In this document: positions 49,598-61,797 of the stretch, one piece after another
Position numbering within the stretch: position 1 is the stretch's first letter
Layout of the letters: each line of letters opens with the position of its first letter
Translations under genes and position numbers: made by a program
The notes under the pieces: generated by a model
The model's input: the letters and a program-made list of their open reading frames with translations, nothing else
What the model was told of the DNA's origin: nothing
The model's database searches: none
NCBI GenBank assembly: GCA_030704615.1
Contig: CM060731.1
Coordinates: forward strand, 19,034,001 to 19,098,000
Length of the DNA stretch: 64,000 bases
Source: Takakia lepidozioides
Taxonomy: Eukaryota; Plantae; Bryophyta
Direction: 5' to 3'

Positions 49598-51700
49598 GTC
49601 CCAGTGGAGTGGATATTGGATAAAGATGAGAGAGGAATGAAGCCCTTGGTATACGGCAATCCCGAACACTGTTAGTGCCACTGATAGTGTTGAGTGCAAC
49701 CTATGTGGATTAAAGCTTTCTTATCGTAAGGATTGGTTGCTCGCTCACCTCGGCTATAAAGGTGTGAAGAGCGCTGGGGTGGGTTTATATGCCCCAAAGC
49801 ATTTATGCGGGTAAAAAGCCACTTTGCCCAGTGTGGAGGCAATATTCCAATGTCTTTGGATCTGGACATGACCTCTGAGCAGAACACTTCATCGTCCCGT
49901 CAGGATGCCCCGATTAGTACCCAGGGCGACTCTTGTGAGGCTTCGGGGGTGTCCTTGAACAAGTAGGTTGTGCCGGAGCAACACCTGTTTCAACACCTCT
50001 TTGTACCCCTACACTTCAACGGAGTAAAGGATTACGGCAGCAATCCATGCAAGAAGGTCTTAACTTGTCTGCGAAAAGATAGTTGGATAAAAAATGGGCG
50101 CAGTTTTTCTTCGAGGCCAACATATCATTTAATGTGGCAAGGCTTTCGGCATTTGTTTTTGCCGTTAGAGCAACCTCAGAATACATGTGCGAGCCTGTTG
50201 GGGAAGGGCAAAGAGGTCCATGGTTGCATCGTCAAAGCTGGAATTGTGGCAGATGTCATTCTGAACAATACCCTTGTGGACAGGGAGTGTTCAACAATAT
50301 GGCTGAGCGAAATGTGATGTTGTGGAACGACTTATCACAATCTCCGCACATGATTGCTAGAAGACGCCATGACCGAGCTTGCCCAAAAGGTCAACGATAG
50401 GACGGGCGAGTGCATCAGAAAATATGGAAGCACTATATGTGCCGATGGTTGGAGTTCTGTCACAAACAGACCGTTGTTCAATGTCATGCTCGTATGTCCA
50501 GCTGGGGAACAATTCTTGGGATCGGTCGACATTAGCGGCGAGAAAAAAGATGGACGTTATCAATGCCAACTATTGACGAACTTCATCGAACAGGTCGGAA
50601 GTGATAGAATCGTACAAATATGCACAGACAATGCCGCTAACATGAGAAACACTGCACACATGTTGTTGGCACGTTATCCCCATATGTACTATCAAGGTTG
50701 TGCTGCTCATATCCTTGACCTTCTTTTGGAAGATTGGGGAAAAGAACAGTGGGTGAAACAACTTGTCAAGCGAGCGAAGACTGTTGTGTCGTTCATCCGC
50801 ACACACCACATCCCTTTGGCAATATATAGGAGGCACGAACCCAAATACAGCCTCCGTAATCCAGGCGAAACTTGTTTTGCCACTAACTTCTTGATGGTGG
50901 ATCGATTGGTGACGGTGAAGAGCAGTCTGGAGCACACCATCATGGATCCTCAATGGGATGCATACACACAGACATTGCGGGACTCCAGAAAAGCCAAGTC
51001 ATTGGGCAAAAGTCGAAAAGTTCAAAATACATTCGCAGCGATGATTTCTGGAAGAAATGTGAAAACTTTGTTTATATGGTAGAGTCGGTGTTAATCGTCT
51101 TGCGGGAGTTTGATGGAAAGCAACCAGTAATGGGCAAGGCATGGTTACTAATGCAAAATCTTGAGAAACGTCCAATCCTTGAGGCATCCTCCCTTCTCCT
51201 TGGAACCTGAACTTGCGGACAGTGCTGAGGATGCATTTTACGACCGTCGTTCGATGGTTCGAATGGACTTGCATTATGCGGGGGCTTTGCTCAATCCATT
51301 TTTGCTCGACAATACCATGCTCCGAGACGACGCCGATGCCAAGGCCGGCCTCGTGCGAGTGCTCATGCGACTGGCTCCGCCGAACCATGCAGAGAGAGCT
51401 ATATCCGAGTACTAATGCTTCTCAGATCGCCGCGACCCTTTTGAGGACATGCCAGATCCAAAAGAGCTCAATATGTTGCCACATGAATGGTGGGATCTGA
51501 TTGGAGCTGGAGCAAAAACATTGGCTCCTATTGCGAAGCGTATTCTTGCTCAAGTGTGCTCTGCCTCATCTTGCGAACGCAATTGGAGCAGTTACTCATT
51601 TCGCAACAGGTTGAATCCCGCGAGGGCTGACAAATTGGTGTATGTGTATACCAATTGCCGACTGCTACGTGAGAGGGCAGTGGATGATGCTGCAGCATAG
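49598..51700 (+). pseudogene. hAT transposase (DUF659 plus C-terminal dimerisation domain)
   Basis: TICADGWS, QICTDNAANM, GCAAHILDLLLED, TCFAT, WWDLIG...QVCSASSCERNWS; stops and frameshifts. Confidence 0.92.
50184..50329 (+). other. PPR-derived filler inside the hAT transposase
   Basis: CASL..GKGKEVHGCIVKAGIVADVILNNTLVD / GVFNNMAERNVMLWN, lying between the transposase peptides RATSE and TYHNLRT. Confidence 0.85.
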
Positions 51701-53224
51701 TATGAGAAGAATTTGCATTCCGAAGACTCTGCTTCTGAGGCTGATTCGATGAGTGACGATACTAAGCCTCAGAGAGAATAATCTCAGAGGGAATCATCTG
51801 CCTCCGATAGTGAAGATGGATCCGATGATGCTCCCAAAAATGCGTATGACCCGTTTACATTCACAGAGGAGGATGCTTATATCCATTCGACCTTTGATGA
51901 CCTTCTTGAAGAAGTGCGTATCGCAGATGAAGGTGAAGCTGCAATTGTGTCATCCCCATAACATGGTCCTCAAAATGAAGTTGGGGTCGACCCTCGCCCC
52001 CCACTACACACTGAAACCACCGGTAGTGCCCCAATGGAGCTTAGGGGTGATGTACTGCCAGGACCGATCGACGTACGCAACCCTGTTCATACAAACGATG
52101 GTGTCGAACCCATTGTACAGTCGACGAGACGAGATCATGCCTCACCGATACGACCAGCTCCACCACAATGCCAAAACTGATCCAGCTCCCCATCAACACA
52201 GCGGGCATTAAGAAGCATCAGGGTTGATCTGTTTTCCACACGCATGCATCATTCTGCTGCATTGGACCGGGTGGAAGTTGAAGCCTCGGATGACGACAAC
52301 CTGCCACTATAATTCCACCTCACATGCCGGACCATCTAATGACGGTCCATCTCGGGCAGTCCCCCCTCCGGTACCTCCTTCGAGACCACCTTCGATTGCA
52401 TCCCAAGTCCATAAACGACAGAGAACAGTCCAACCTTTTGTAGGCGATCGGCCTACAAACAAGCCAGATACCGTGGATGGTATTCAAGACCGGAGCGGGA
52501 GTCGACCTCATAGAGAACTAAATGTGGTTCGAGGTCGCTTGCAGATTCAAAGGCCTGGACATATGAGGTCGGATAGAGAGGACGATTCCAGCACTGATCA
52601 TGGCAACGGTGGTGAAGTCGAGGGTGACCCGGATTTTCAACCCATCGGAGCATTAGGATTAGGATCTTCTTCGTCCCGCCGTCGAAGCAGTAGAAGGAAT
52701 TGAAGCAAAACAGCTGTAGGCATGCATCAGCACTTTTTAGTGGACATGTTTATATTTTTGTACTGAAGTAATACCAATGTGATCATTGTTACTATGAGTA
52801 TTTGTATTGCTGTTGTGTATGTGTTGGAAAATAAAAGATGTTGCTCATATGTATACCAGCCAAAATGTCGGCCAAAGGCACCGTCACTTGCTCATGTTTG
52901 TGTTCGGTGATTTGCTTGTGGAATGGAGAACAATTGTGCCATACTTCCAACTATGCATTCATTTTTATTTAAATGGAGCGACCGCCAAGGTGGCGGTCGC
53001 TTCTACGAGGTCCGCCCTCTGCGTGAAACGAGGAATGAGAGGGGGGGGGGGATATAAGCTCCCAGTCATTATTTTGGAAATGAAGCGACCGCCGTTACTG
53101 GTGGTCGTTTTTTTGTTTTTTTGGAGCAAAATGTGACACCTACTCAAACCTACATAACGGGGGAAGGGTTTAGAGTTACGTCTTTTTAGAAAACCTCGTT
53201 TAGTGTTGCTCCGATTGTTGTAGA

Positions 53225-55553
53225 ATGGCAGAGGGCCAGGACGATGACCGTCATGGAAGAGATGACCCCAATGAACATGGACCGACCCCTAAGAAAATCA
53301 AAGGGTCAAGGCAAGACTTGAATTGGGAAGTATTTGGTGACCCTAGCATACTAGCAGAAGATGACTGGGAGGATGTTCCGGAAGAGTTTCGGTGGCCGAT
53401 GGCGAGATGCAAAAAATTCATGAAATGGTACTACATCAATCGATTGTGGCCTTTGGATAGGCATGACGTGCAAACCCGAAACAATTACGCAGAGTCTAGG
53501 TCTTGCACGAACTTGCATTTCTAGCATAGGGCGAATGAGGTGCATTGCACATTGTGGGGTCAACCTCTCTTAAAGGGTCAAATCCCGTACACCTTGGCAG
53601 CCATGTTGTACGTGGAGGTCATACTCTTGCGTCCAGTGAATTGACAAACTGCTAGTAGGAGGAACGCAAGGTTGCTATACGATTTGGAGTACATCCCGGA
53701 CACGTTCGGAATACAACCGGCTGCAACGTTAGAGGAACAACTGGCGGAGAGAGACCAGCGAATCAGGACCCTGCAGGACCGACTGGACTGACAAACACTG
53801 TGCATAGCCGAGTTGGAAGCTAGATTGCAAGACATGCCTCCAAACAATGAATGCACTGTTGTCCCAATGAGGATCGAACAAACGTCATGGACATGGACGC
53901 GGAGTTTGCGATGCCCGATCGCAGTATTGACCTCATCATTCAGGACGTTACAGACGTCCTTGATCCTGTGGCCGATGAAACCATGGTTGAGGAACAGCGA
54001 ATTGCGGATGAGAGAAGGAGGAAATGAAAAGAACCAGTACTGGAAATTGGGGAATGTTCGAGGGTCGCCATTCAATCAGAAATGAGCCCGATATTAGATG
54101 TCGACCGCGTTACAAAGGAGCGGGACATTGCCATGGCAATTGCATAGCGCTTGTCCAAAACACTGGAGACTCAGGCATGGGTCCCATTGAATGGCGATTG
54201 GGAGAATTGGGTACAATGGGCGACCCATTTGGCCTCCAGAGAAGCTCGGGTAGAGCGGGCACTATCAGGCTTGCAACGTGTCGCACGCATGTCGAACCGT
54301 AACGTGGATAGCATTTATGCCAACATGCAAAGGTATAACGATCTCCGCATATCTTCGCCGGATATACCAATTGGGCAGATGTGGATTCTATGTTCGATCG
54401 ATGTGAGCACAAAATTTCGGGGTCGAACAGAAGCATAAACTGGGAATTGGAGATAGAGGAAGAGTGGGACACCACAACAAGGATGACCAGCCACATCAAA
54501 CCGGCCCAGAGGGAGGAGATACCACGAGGCGTTTTGCCGTCATGGATATCAGATGACACAGTTTGTTCGATGTGTAGGAATCCATACGGCCCAGAGGGAT
54601 GTCATGTGCTTGGATCATGTGGACATATGTTCCATCTCACATGTCTTATCCCGCAAGCCTTGCGGACGAGCGCTTGCCTAGAATGCCGTACACCAATCCA
54701 TCGCCGTTTCTATGAGCTGGTGGGCTTGGAGGATCGGATGCCCATAGGTTTTGAATACAATCGACACAACCTCCCATTGGATGGGCTACCATATACATTT
54801 CTGAATTGTGTGCATTGGGGCAAGAACTTGGTATGAGATGCAGACAGAGAGATGCATGGCATACATGCCGGAAACCCGACATACATCAAAGATCCCCAGT
54901 ATTTCTGGGTCACGTCTGATTAGGAGATAACCATACGTGCGGGAGGTATTCGAGATTGGTGGGAGAGATAGCAGTTTTGCCGCAATCTGGGAGGGCATTG
55001 GAGTCAAAGAAGGTCCAGATTTATCCGGCTCCCATACGTTCCATGGGTGCCGGAGGAGAACGAATTGTATGACCGACAACCGATTGGGAGACATTTGTTG
55101 TTGTCCGAACTGGAAGATGCTATAATATGTCAACGTCGAATGAATGATGCGTACGAGGCGGCTTATCGTCGAAACGACACAATGATTAGGGACAGGGCCC
55201 GCGAGAGGTAGTTGGAAAGTTTCAAAAGTACCATCAAGGCAGTTGTAGAGAAATGGAGGCGATTATGGACAGACCGTTATCATCGTGTTTCGGGGGCTGT
55301 ATTACCGGATGTGGATGGCCTCGTTGCCAATTTGCATGCAGCCCGAGCACTTGTTTTCGATCTACCTCCGCCACGTCGTGAGAGTGAAGAAGAAAGTCAA
55401 CTTTCGTCGCGAAGTAGGCGGATGCAGGCCAGAATTGATCACATGCCATTGGGCCCCTCATTGACCATGAGATCACGGTCGCAAGCTCTGGCAATTGGCA
55501 GTGCAAATCAGGCCACAACATCAAATTCCACATCCTCGGACAGTGACGACTAG
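53225..55553 (+). pseudogene. hAT cargo gene: coiled-coil plus RING-H2-like finger
   Basis: CSMC-x12-CGHMFHLTC-x10-CLEC in 54381..54836. Flanking same-strand ORF pieces are broken by stops. Confidence 0.7.
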
Positions 55554-56004
55554 GCTTTTAATGACTAGCAGTGTAGTACATATACAATATGCATTTTTGT
55601 TGTACCTTGAATATTGTTGGAACACTTTGTGATGGCATTCCGCCAAGTTTGTATATCACCAATTTTGTTAATACACAATGCACATGTGCGGCACCTGCCA
55701 ATTTCAATTGCATGAGCAGCGTTTTCTTTACATTTACACTCGTGTGATGGGGAAGAAGTAGTTCACCCTGTAAACAAATTTACAATGGTGTCATATTTGG
55801 TCATGACGTGTATATGGGTATTTGCAATGAACTCCGAAAGCTGGAGAACAAGGAAAATTGATGTTAACAAATAAATTATAACGAGTTACGAACGGTCCTC
55901 TTCCAAACAAATTTCGCCTGGTCCCTGCGTATTTCATAATCATTTCGCAAAATCTATGATCTTTCTACGAACATACCCACAAAGTTCTCAAAGCACAAAA
56001 TACG

Positions 56005-56930
56005 AGATTGATCTCATATTACACTGGGATATATCAGATGGTACATTGAACACACTGGCCAAGTTTCAAAGCGAACGAAAATCATTTGGATGGGCAACCA
56101 TCCATTGGCCCATTGAACGAATTTCGATTGAACTCATATTACTCTGGGGCCTCTTACATGACACATTGAACACAGTGGCCAAGTCTCAAAGCGAACCAAA
56201 ATCATTTCGATGGCCAACCATTCGTTGAGCCATCGAATGAATTGAGCCAAAAACAAAATCGATACATGCCAGAAACCCCCACTGAAAGGCAGTGCATACT
56301 TATTTATTGACTTAAAATAAATTTAAATTCAATTAAATTGTGGAATGGCTTGAGAGGGGAGCGCGTCGATGGAGAGGCAAATGATTTATTCGTCTGTTGT
56401 GTCTCCGCACATGTGTCACACACATATTCAAACACATGCGGGCAAAAGAGGGGCTTCAACCACATCCGTTCAATGGGTGCAATAGCCGTGCACGCATTGC
56501 ATGATTTCTTTTTCGCATTGAACAAAAACCAAATGACAAGTGAACGCCTCATTGGACAATTGAACGATTTTCGATTGATCTCGTATTACACTGGGATGTA
56601 TCAGATGGTACATTGAACACACTGGCCAAGTTTCAAAGCGAACGAAAATCATTTGGATGGGCAACCATCCGTTGGCCCATTCAACGAATTTCGATTGATC
56701 TCATATTACTCTGGGGCCTCTTGCATGGCACATTGAACATAGTGGCCAAGTCTCAAAGCGAACCAAAATCATTTCGATGGCCAACCATCCGTTGAGCCAT
56801 CGAATGAATTTTGATTGATCTGCTATTAGTCCGGGACCTGATACATGGTATGTTGAATATAGTGGCAAAGATTGAAAGCAAACGGAAATCATTTGGATGG
56901 GCAACCATTCAATCGCCCATTGAATGAATG
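56005..56930. repeat. Duplicated ~235-bp blocks built of ~120-bp subunits
   Basis: 56007-56240 matches 56573-56810 (ACATTGAACAC..TGGCCAAGT..CAAAGCGAAC). Confidence 0.8.
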
Positions 56931-58636
56931 GGGTTTCGTCTTCGATTATACTGGGACATGTTGCATGGTATGCCCTTTGAAGCTCTTTTTGTAGTGTCTC
57001 TTGCCTCGTAATGCGGTGCTTCTCCATGTCCACTTTATCCAATATGTTAATATTCTCCACCTGGAATAGATCCACATATATGTGGAGAAATCCTTAAAAA
57101 AACAAATGACCATCTCAACTTTTATAAGCCTCATCCCCAGCTTCCAGTTTTGATGGTCATTTGTTTTTTTAAGTTATATACGCATGTGTGGATATGTTCC
57201 AGATGAAAGATATTATCATTGGAAAAATAAGAGTTGGAGAAGCACCTCATTACGAAGCAAGAGACATTACAGAAGACCTCAGCATGTTGAACATCTGAAT
57301 GAAGAACCTTGCCCATCCTCGCTTCAAAGTTCTAGCGCTTCTGAAATGATCACATGTTTGTTGGTGGAAGCAGATCTCGTAGGTCACATTGATCTCGTAC
57401 CCATCGAAGACTCCCGTAGGCCACACGGAACGGTTCATGTGATACATTTTCACAAATGCGATGTGATACATTTGTGAAATGGTATCACATCAACCGTTTA
57501 ATGTGGCCAATGCACGTCTTCCGCACCATGGTGGAAATGTTCACCACTTGAAAGCACAAACACAAATAATCCGTGCAAACAATCTCAAGAATCATATGTA
57601 CTGCAAGGTGTTTTATACTGCCGATGTTCATGTAGTAGAATTATTTAGGAATCGTTTTGCTACTCTCATGCCAACAACATCAAGTCTGCTGCGACTGCCA
57701 TATTCCGAATTCTGTATCAGCCACCACGGACACGAAACCAAGAACTTTGCACAAAATCTCCAATTCATTCAATTTATGGTGGGTCATGGCTGCAGCCTAC
57801 AAGCTGGCCGGGGTGGCTGATACGTCCGTTTGAACATGACAGTCTCAGAGGACGTTGACATGGGAATAGCAAAAAAAGTACTACAAAATTCAGCTAGAGG
57901 AACAACAATAGCATGAAACACCTTACCGTAAATATGATTGTTGACATTGGTTGTGACAGCTCCAATCAATAGAGAACTCGCACCATCAGTTGCGCTCCAA
58001 CAGCAGTACCTGTCCCCCGAGTAAATAAAATTCCGTTGTAAATAATAAATTGCATACGCTCGAACCTCACAAATGTCATTTCAACACAACCGGCCGTGTA
58101 TTGTGGCACTGTTTGTAACTGCGAACGTTTCAATGTTTCTGACAGGGTACTGAGAAAATGATATATTGGATCTATAGGAGTTAGACAACAAACGTTCCAT
58201 ATCTCATTCAACTGTGCGATGCTACCATGAGTGACATGGATAAAAAAATAATAGGTGTACATGCGACCTCCGCACGTTTAAGTAGAGACCTAGTATCAAA
58301 TGTTCGGAGGTCGCATGTGCACCTATTACTTTCCGATCCATGCCTCTCATGGTAGTGTCGCACAGTTGAATGAGAGAAGACGTTTGTTGTCTAACTCCTA
58401 CGGAACTAATACATCGTTTTCTCATAACCCTATCCGAAACCTTGGAACATTACAAATATAAACAGTGAGCTAGTACACAAACCATTTATGTTGCGATGAC
58501 AGGTGCCAGGGTCGAGCATATGCAATGTAGTATTTACAATGGGACTTTATTTATTACATGCACGATCAAAATTGAGTTATGTCTTCATAAAAAAACCATT
58601 GTACCGCCAGAAATCTCATATCTACGAGACTATGGT

Positions 58637-60098
58637 CTACTCCGTCCTATATACGTCTTTCGGCTCAGGCCAATTGAATGGCTTGTCCATGAACCGAAGT
58701 ACTACATGAGCTAATGTGACTCTCTCATTCTTGTTGTTGTTGTACAACCTTTGTAGCATTGAATGCCAACAACCTCCCGTAAATTGGGCCTGGAACATAC
58801 TTTGATTATAATGAGCGCCGCCATTTATTCGTACCGCTATCTTCCCAACGACAAAGGCCTCCGCTAGGGGGGGGGGGGGGGGGGGGCGTGACATTCGCAT
58901 TGAAAACCGATGCAATATCTTTTTCCACCCACCATCTTTTCGCGAGTTCCCGGTCCAGCTTGTCTTTGTTTTCAAACTGGTACGGCAAGGCTTTGCGTAT
59001 GCCCAATGGGGTGGCTAAGCCCCAATCACACACCCCAATCTTGATCTCCTCGGTGCCATCTGGAAAATGCAACAAGATGTTGTCGGTGGACAAGTCGTTG
59101 TGCAGGACACCGTTCTTGTGGACAACATCCATGATGCACACCAGTGCCCATGCAAGTTTACTGCGCACTTTCCGGAAACGAAGCAAACGATCGCATTCCT
59201 GGAACTCTGCTTCCGTTTCCCTTTGTTCCAAAATCACCCTGTTGTCCGAATCGTTGCCCCATTTTCTGTCAAGGTTCATCATGTCGCGTATTGTTTCCCC
59301 ATTCCACCAGCGAGTGTAATCCTCTACCTCACATGCATTCACAGCAAAATACGAGATAACACCCGGATGCTGGAACTTCACTGCCAAACACTCGTCGTTA
59401 TGTTGTCTCAATGCCTTTTCTGGATTTTTGGACTTGGGTTTTTTTCCCGCTAGCTCCCAACACTCCGGTATTCTAGAATCGTCAACAATCCTACAGTGAC
59501 GGACCTTAGCATACCCTCCTTCTTTATAAGGGCCAATCTCTACCACCTTCGCAGTAGAGTTTAGGTAATAAAGACCAGTTGTGCCTCCCCCGCCCGATGA
59601 CCCCGCCTTCCAAGGGACAACCCTAGTCCGGCGATGTGAATTCTGACTTGCCGAGCAAGCCCAATACTCAACACGCCGCATTACCTCAGCTTCGGCGGAG
59701 GGCACTCGACCCTCGGTTGTTCTACCCTTCCATGTCTTCATTAGCTGCCTCAAATTCCACGTGGCGTCTTTCGCCCTGCTTTGGATCCACCAATTGAATT
59801 TCGGCTTGTCTCTGTCCGCCGTCCACTTAGCCCCCGCCAAAGCGTTTGTCATTTTCCTCTCCATATTTTGCTGAAAAATTTGAAACCCCTCCCATCCATG
59901 CCTAACATAAGCACTCTCCAACCTCATCATGTCCATACCCTTGAAATAATCCGCTACCACTTCTTTCACCCTATCCAAGGCATCCGGTCCCGGGTAGTCT
60001 GGCTTATTGACCTGGCTATCCCGCTCGTGGGCACGTTTTCTCTTCCTCCGCCCCCCAGACGATCCCACCCCAGAACTTGAATTCACAACCCCCGACAT
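58637..60098 (-). CDS. hAT cargo gene: intronless protein kinase, frameshifted at a poly-G/C run (~58867-58886)
   Basis: EGGYAKV (Gly loop), LAGK, HPGVI, LHNDLSTDNILL, CDWGLA. The C-lobe continues in ORF 58637..58975 (EAFVVGKIA...ERVT). Confidence 0.8.
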
Positions 60099-60719
60099 TG
60101 TATAAATCTTTGCCTACTACAGGGTCCAAAACCTCAGAAAAATGACAATGAACGCGTGTGAATGGTGTTTTCGTAGTTTTCTGCAAAAAAACAGGCCGCC
60201 GGAGATCCGGAAACGGCAAAATGGTGATACGATGATTGTACCGTGAACAAGTGTGTGGGACTGACCAATAGAAAACCGACAAAACCTCCCCCCCCCCAAA
60301 TAATCACCTTTGCACTTCCCGTTGGCAGTGCCAAGCAACGAAGTCCGAAAGGACTACAGGATGCCAAGGAACCGCACCACAAGAGAGGCAAAAGTGATCA
60401 GAAAAGGAGGGGGGAATGGTTTATATAGGCGCCCGCCACCCCCCCCCCCCAAAAAAAATGACATTATGCTTGAAAAGGCGCGACAGGCCAGTGGCGCCTC
60501 GCCACGTGTCAACGCGACGCGACTGGCCAGTTGCACCTCGCCACGCGCACCCACATGGGAGAGGTCAAGGGTTCAAAACCACCTCCCCCCATCCCATTTG
60601 TTTCGTTTTTCCTGACCCGTGACACCTCGCCACGTGGCTGGCCGAGGCGCCGCTTCATGGTTAAAATAAAAACAAAACGCCACACGGCGGGTCCCTGGAT
60701 TTCTAAGAAAAAAAAAAAC

Positions 60720-61250
60720 ACACGACCGCTGCATGGCGGTCGCTATATTTATAAAAACAAGAAGAGCGACCGCCACATGACCAATGTAGGCGGTCGCTTA
60801 TTTTAAAATGTAATAAATTACGGGCGACAGCCAATATGGGCGGTCGCTTTATTTAAAAATAAATAAATTATGGGCGACCGCCAATTTGGGCGGTCGCTTC
60901 ATTTAAAAATAAATAAATTACGGACAACCGCCAATATGGGCGGTCGCTTCATTTAAAATTAAATAGATTACGGGCGACCGCCAATATGGGCGGTCGCTTC
61001 ATTTAAAAATAAATAAATTACGGGCGACCGCCAATATGGGCGGTCGCTTCATTTACAAATAAATAAATTACGGGGGACCGCCAATATGGGCGGTCGCTTC
61101 ATTTATAAATAAATAAATTACCGGCGACCGCCAATACTGGCGGTCGCTTAATTTAACAAAATATTAAATTACAAGCGACCGCCAATATGGGCGGTCATTT
61201 TTATTATTAAAAATAATAAATTATATGCGACCGCCAATATAGGCGGATTC
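60720..61250. repeat. Right subterminal palindromes, including a 50-bp tandem array (~7 copies)
   Basis: AAATAAATTACGGGCGACCGCCAATATGGGCGGTCGCTTCATTTAAAAAT at 60861, 60911, 60961, 61011, 61061 and 61111. Confidence 0.9.
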
Positions 61251-61440
61251 ATTTTTTTTAAAGAATTAATAAATATTAATAATTGGCCATGTCTGTTTTA
61301 CACCGTGGCTGCCATGTCATTACAAATGGTAGAAGCAAATCGTAAAAGTCAAATGTAAAAAAAATTACATGGATAAACGTCCGGATTCGACGTGACGGCC
61401 GACACGTCAGCGCCACGTCACGTCAGGAATGAGAACTAGG

Positions 61441-61797
61441 GTGTCCAGTCTCGCCTCCTATATATACTGGCTACTAAGAAGCTTCCCTAAGAAGCTTCCT
61501 CTATGGAGGTTGCTTGCTGGAGAAGTTTCCAAGATTAAACAAAGGTTTATTGATGGAGAAGCTTCGTTAAACAAATGAGGTATCTTGATGGAGAAGTTTC
61601 CTCCAAATGAAGCTTTTTGAGCAGTTTCCAAAGTTACTCTTGGTAATTTGATAAACTCCCGTTAACTTGGTAAGTAATGGTAAATCATGGTAGATCATGA
61701 TAAATCACGGTAAGTCATGGTAACTTCCGGTAATATGATAACTTGATAACTTCTGGTATTTACTCCTGTTAAATTTCCCTGGGCTATGTCCGTGACA
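61441..61797 (-). repeat. Proximal part of the 3' LTR of the right-hand Gypsy
   Basis: Minus-strand PPT GAGGAGGGGGTGA (61798-61810) followed by TGTCACGGAC. Confidence 0.75.

Larger units (their letters stand above)
48273..61440. mobile_element. 13.2-kb hAT-family transposon with cargo genes, inserted in an LTR
   Basis: Perfect 8-bp TSD GTGTCCAG (48265-48272, 61441-61448). TIRs CCCGGTTATCA / CCTAGTTCTCA (8 of 11 match). Shared subterminal palindromes and an internal hAT transposase. Confidence 0.85.

Noticed and set aside
56950-58600. Possible additional minus-strand cargo gene in the hAT
   Set aside because: Short duplicated, stop-ridden pieces with no motif I can identify.
53225-60098. Endogenous giant-virus segment
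   Set aside because: No viral hallmark genes; the hAT boundaries explain the region.
60811-61150. CRISPR-like regularly spaced palindromes (also 48465-49290 and 21470-23465)
   Set aside because: Spacers are near-identical or low-complexity, there are no cas genes, the context is eukaryotic, and the positions fit transposon internal or subterminal repeats.
48251-61455. GGCGAGACTG...CAGTCTCGCC as the TIRs of the large element
   Set aside because: No TSD outside them. A perfect 8-bp TSD lies inside, so they belong to the target LTR.
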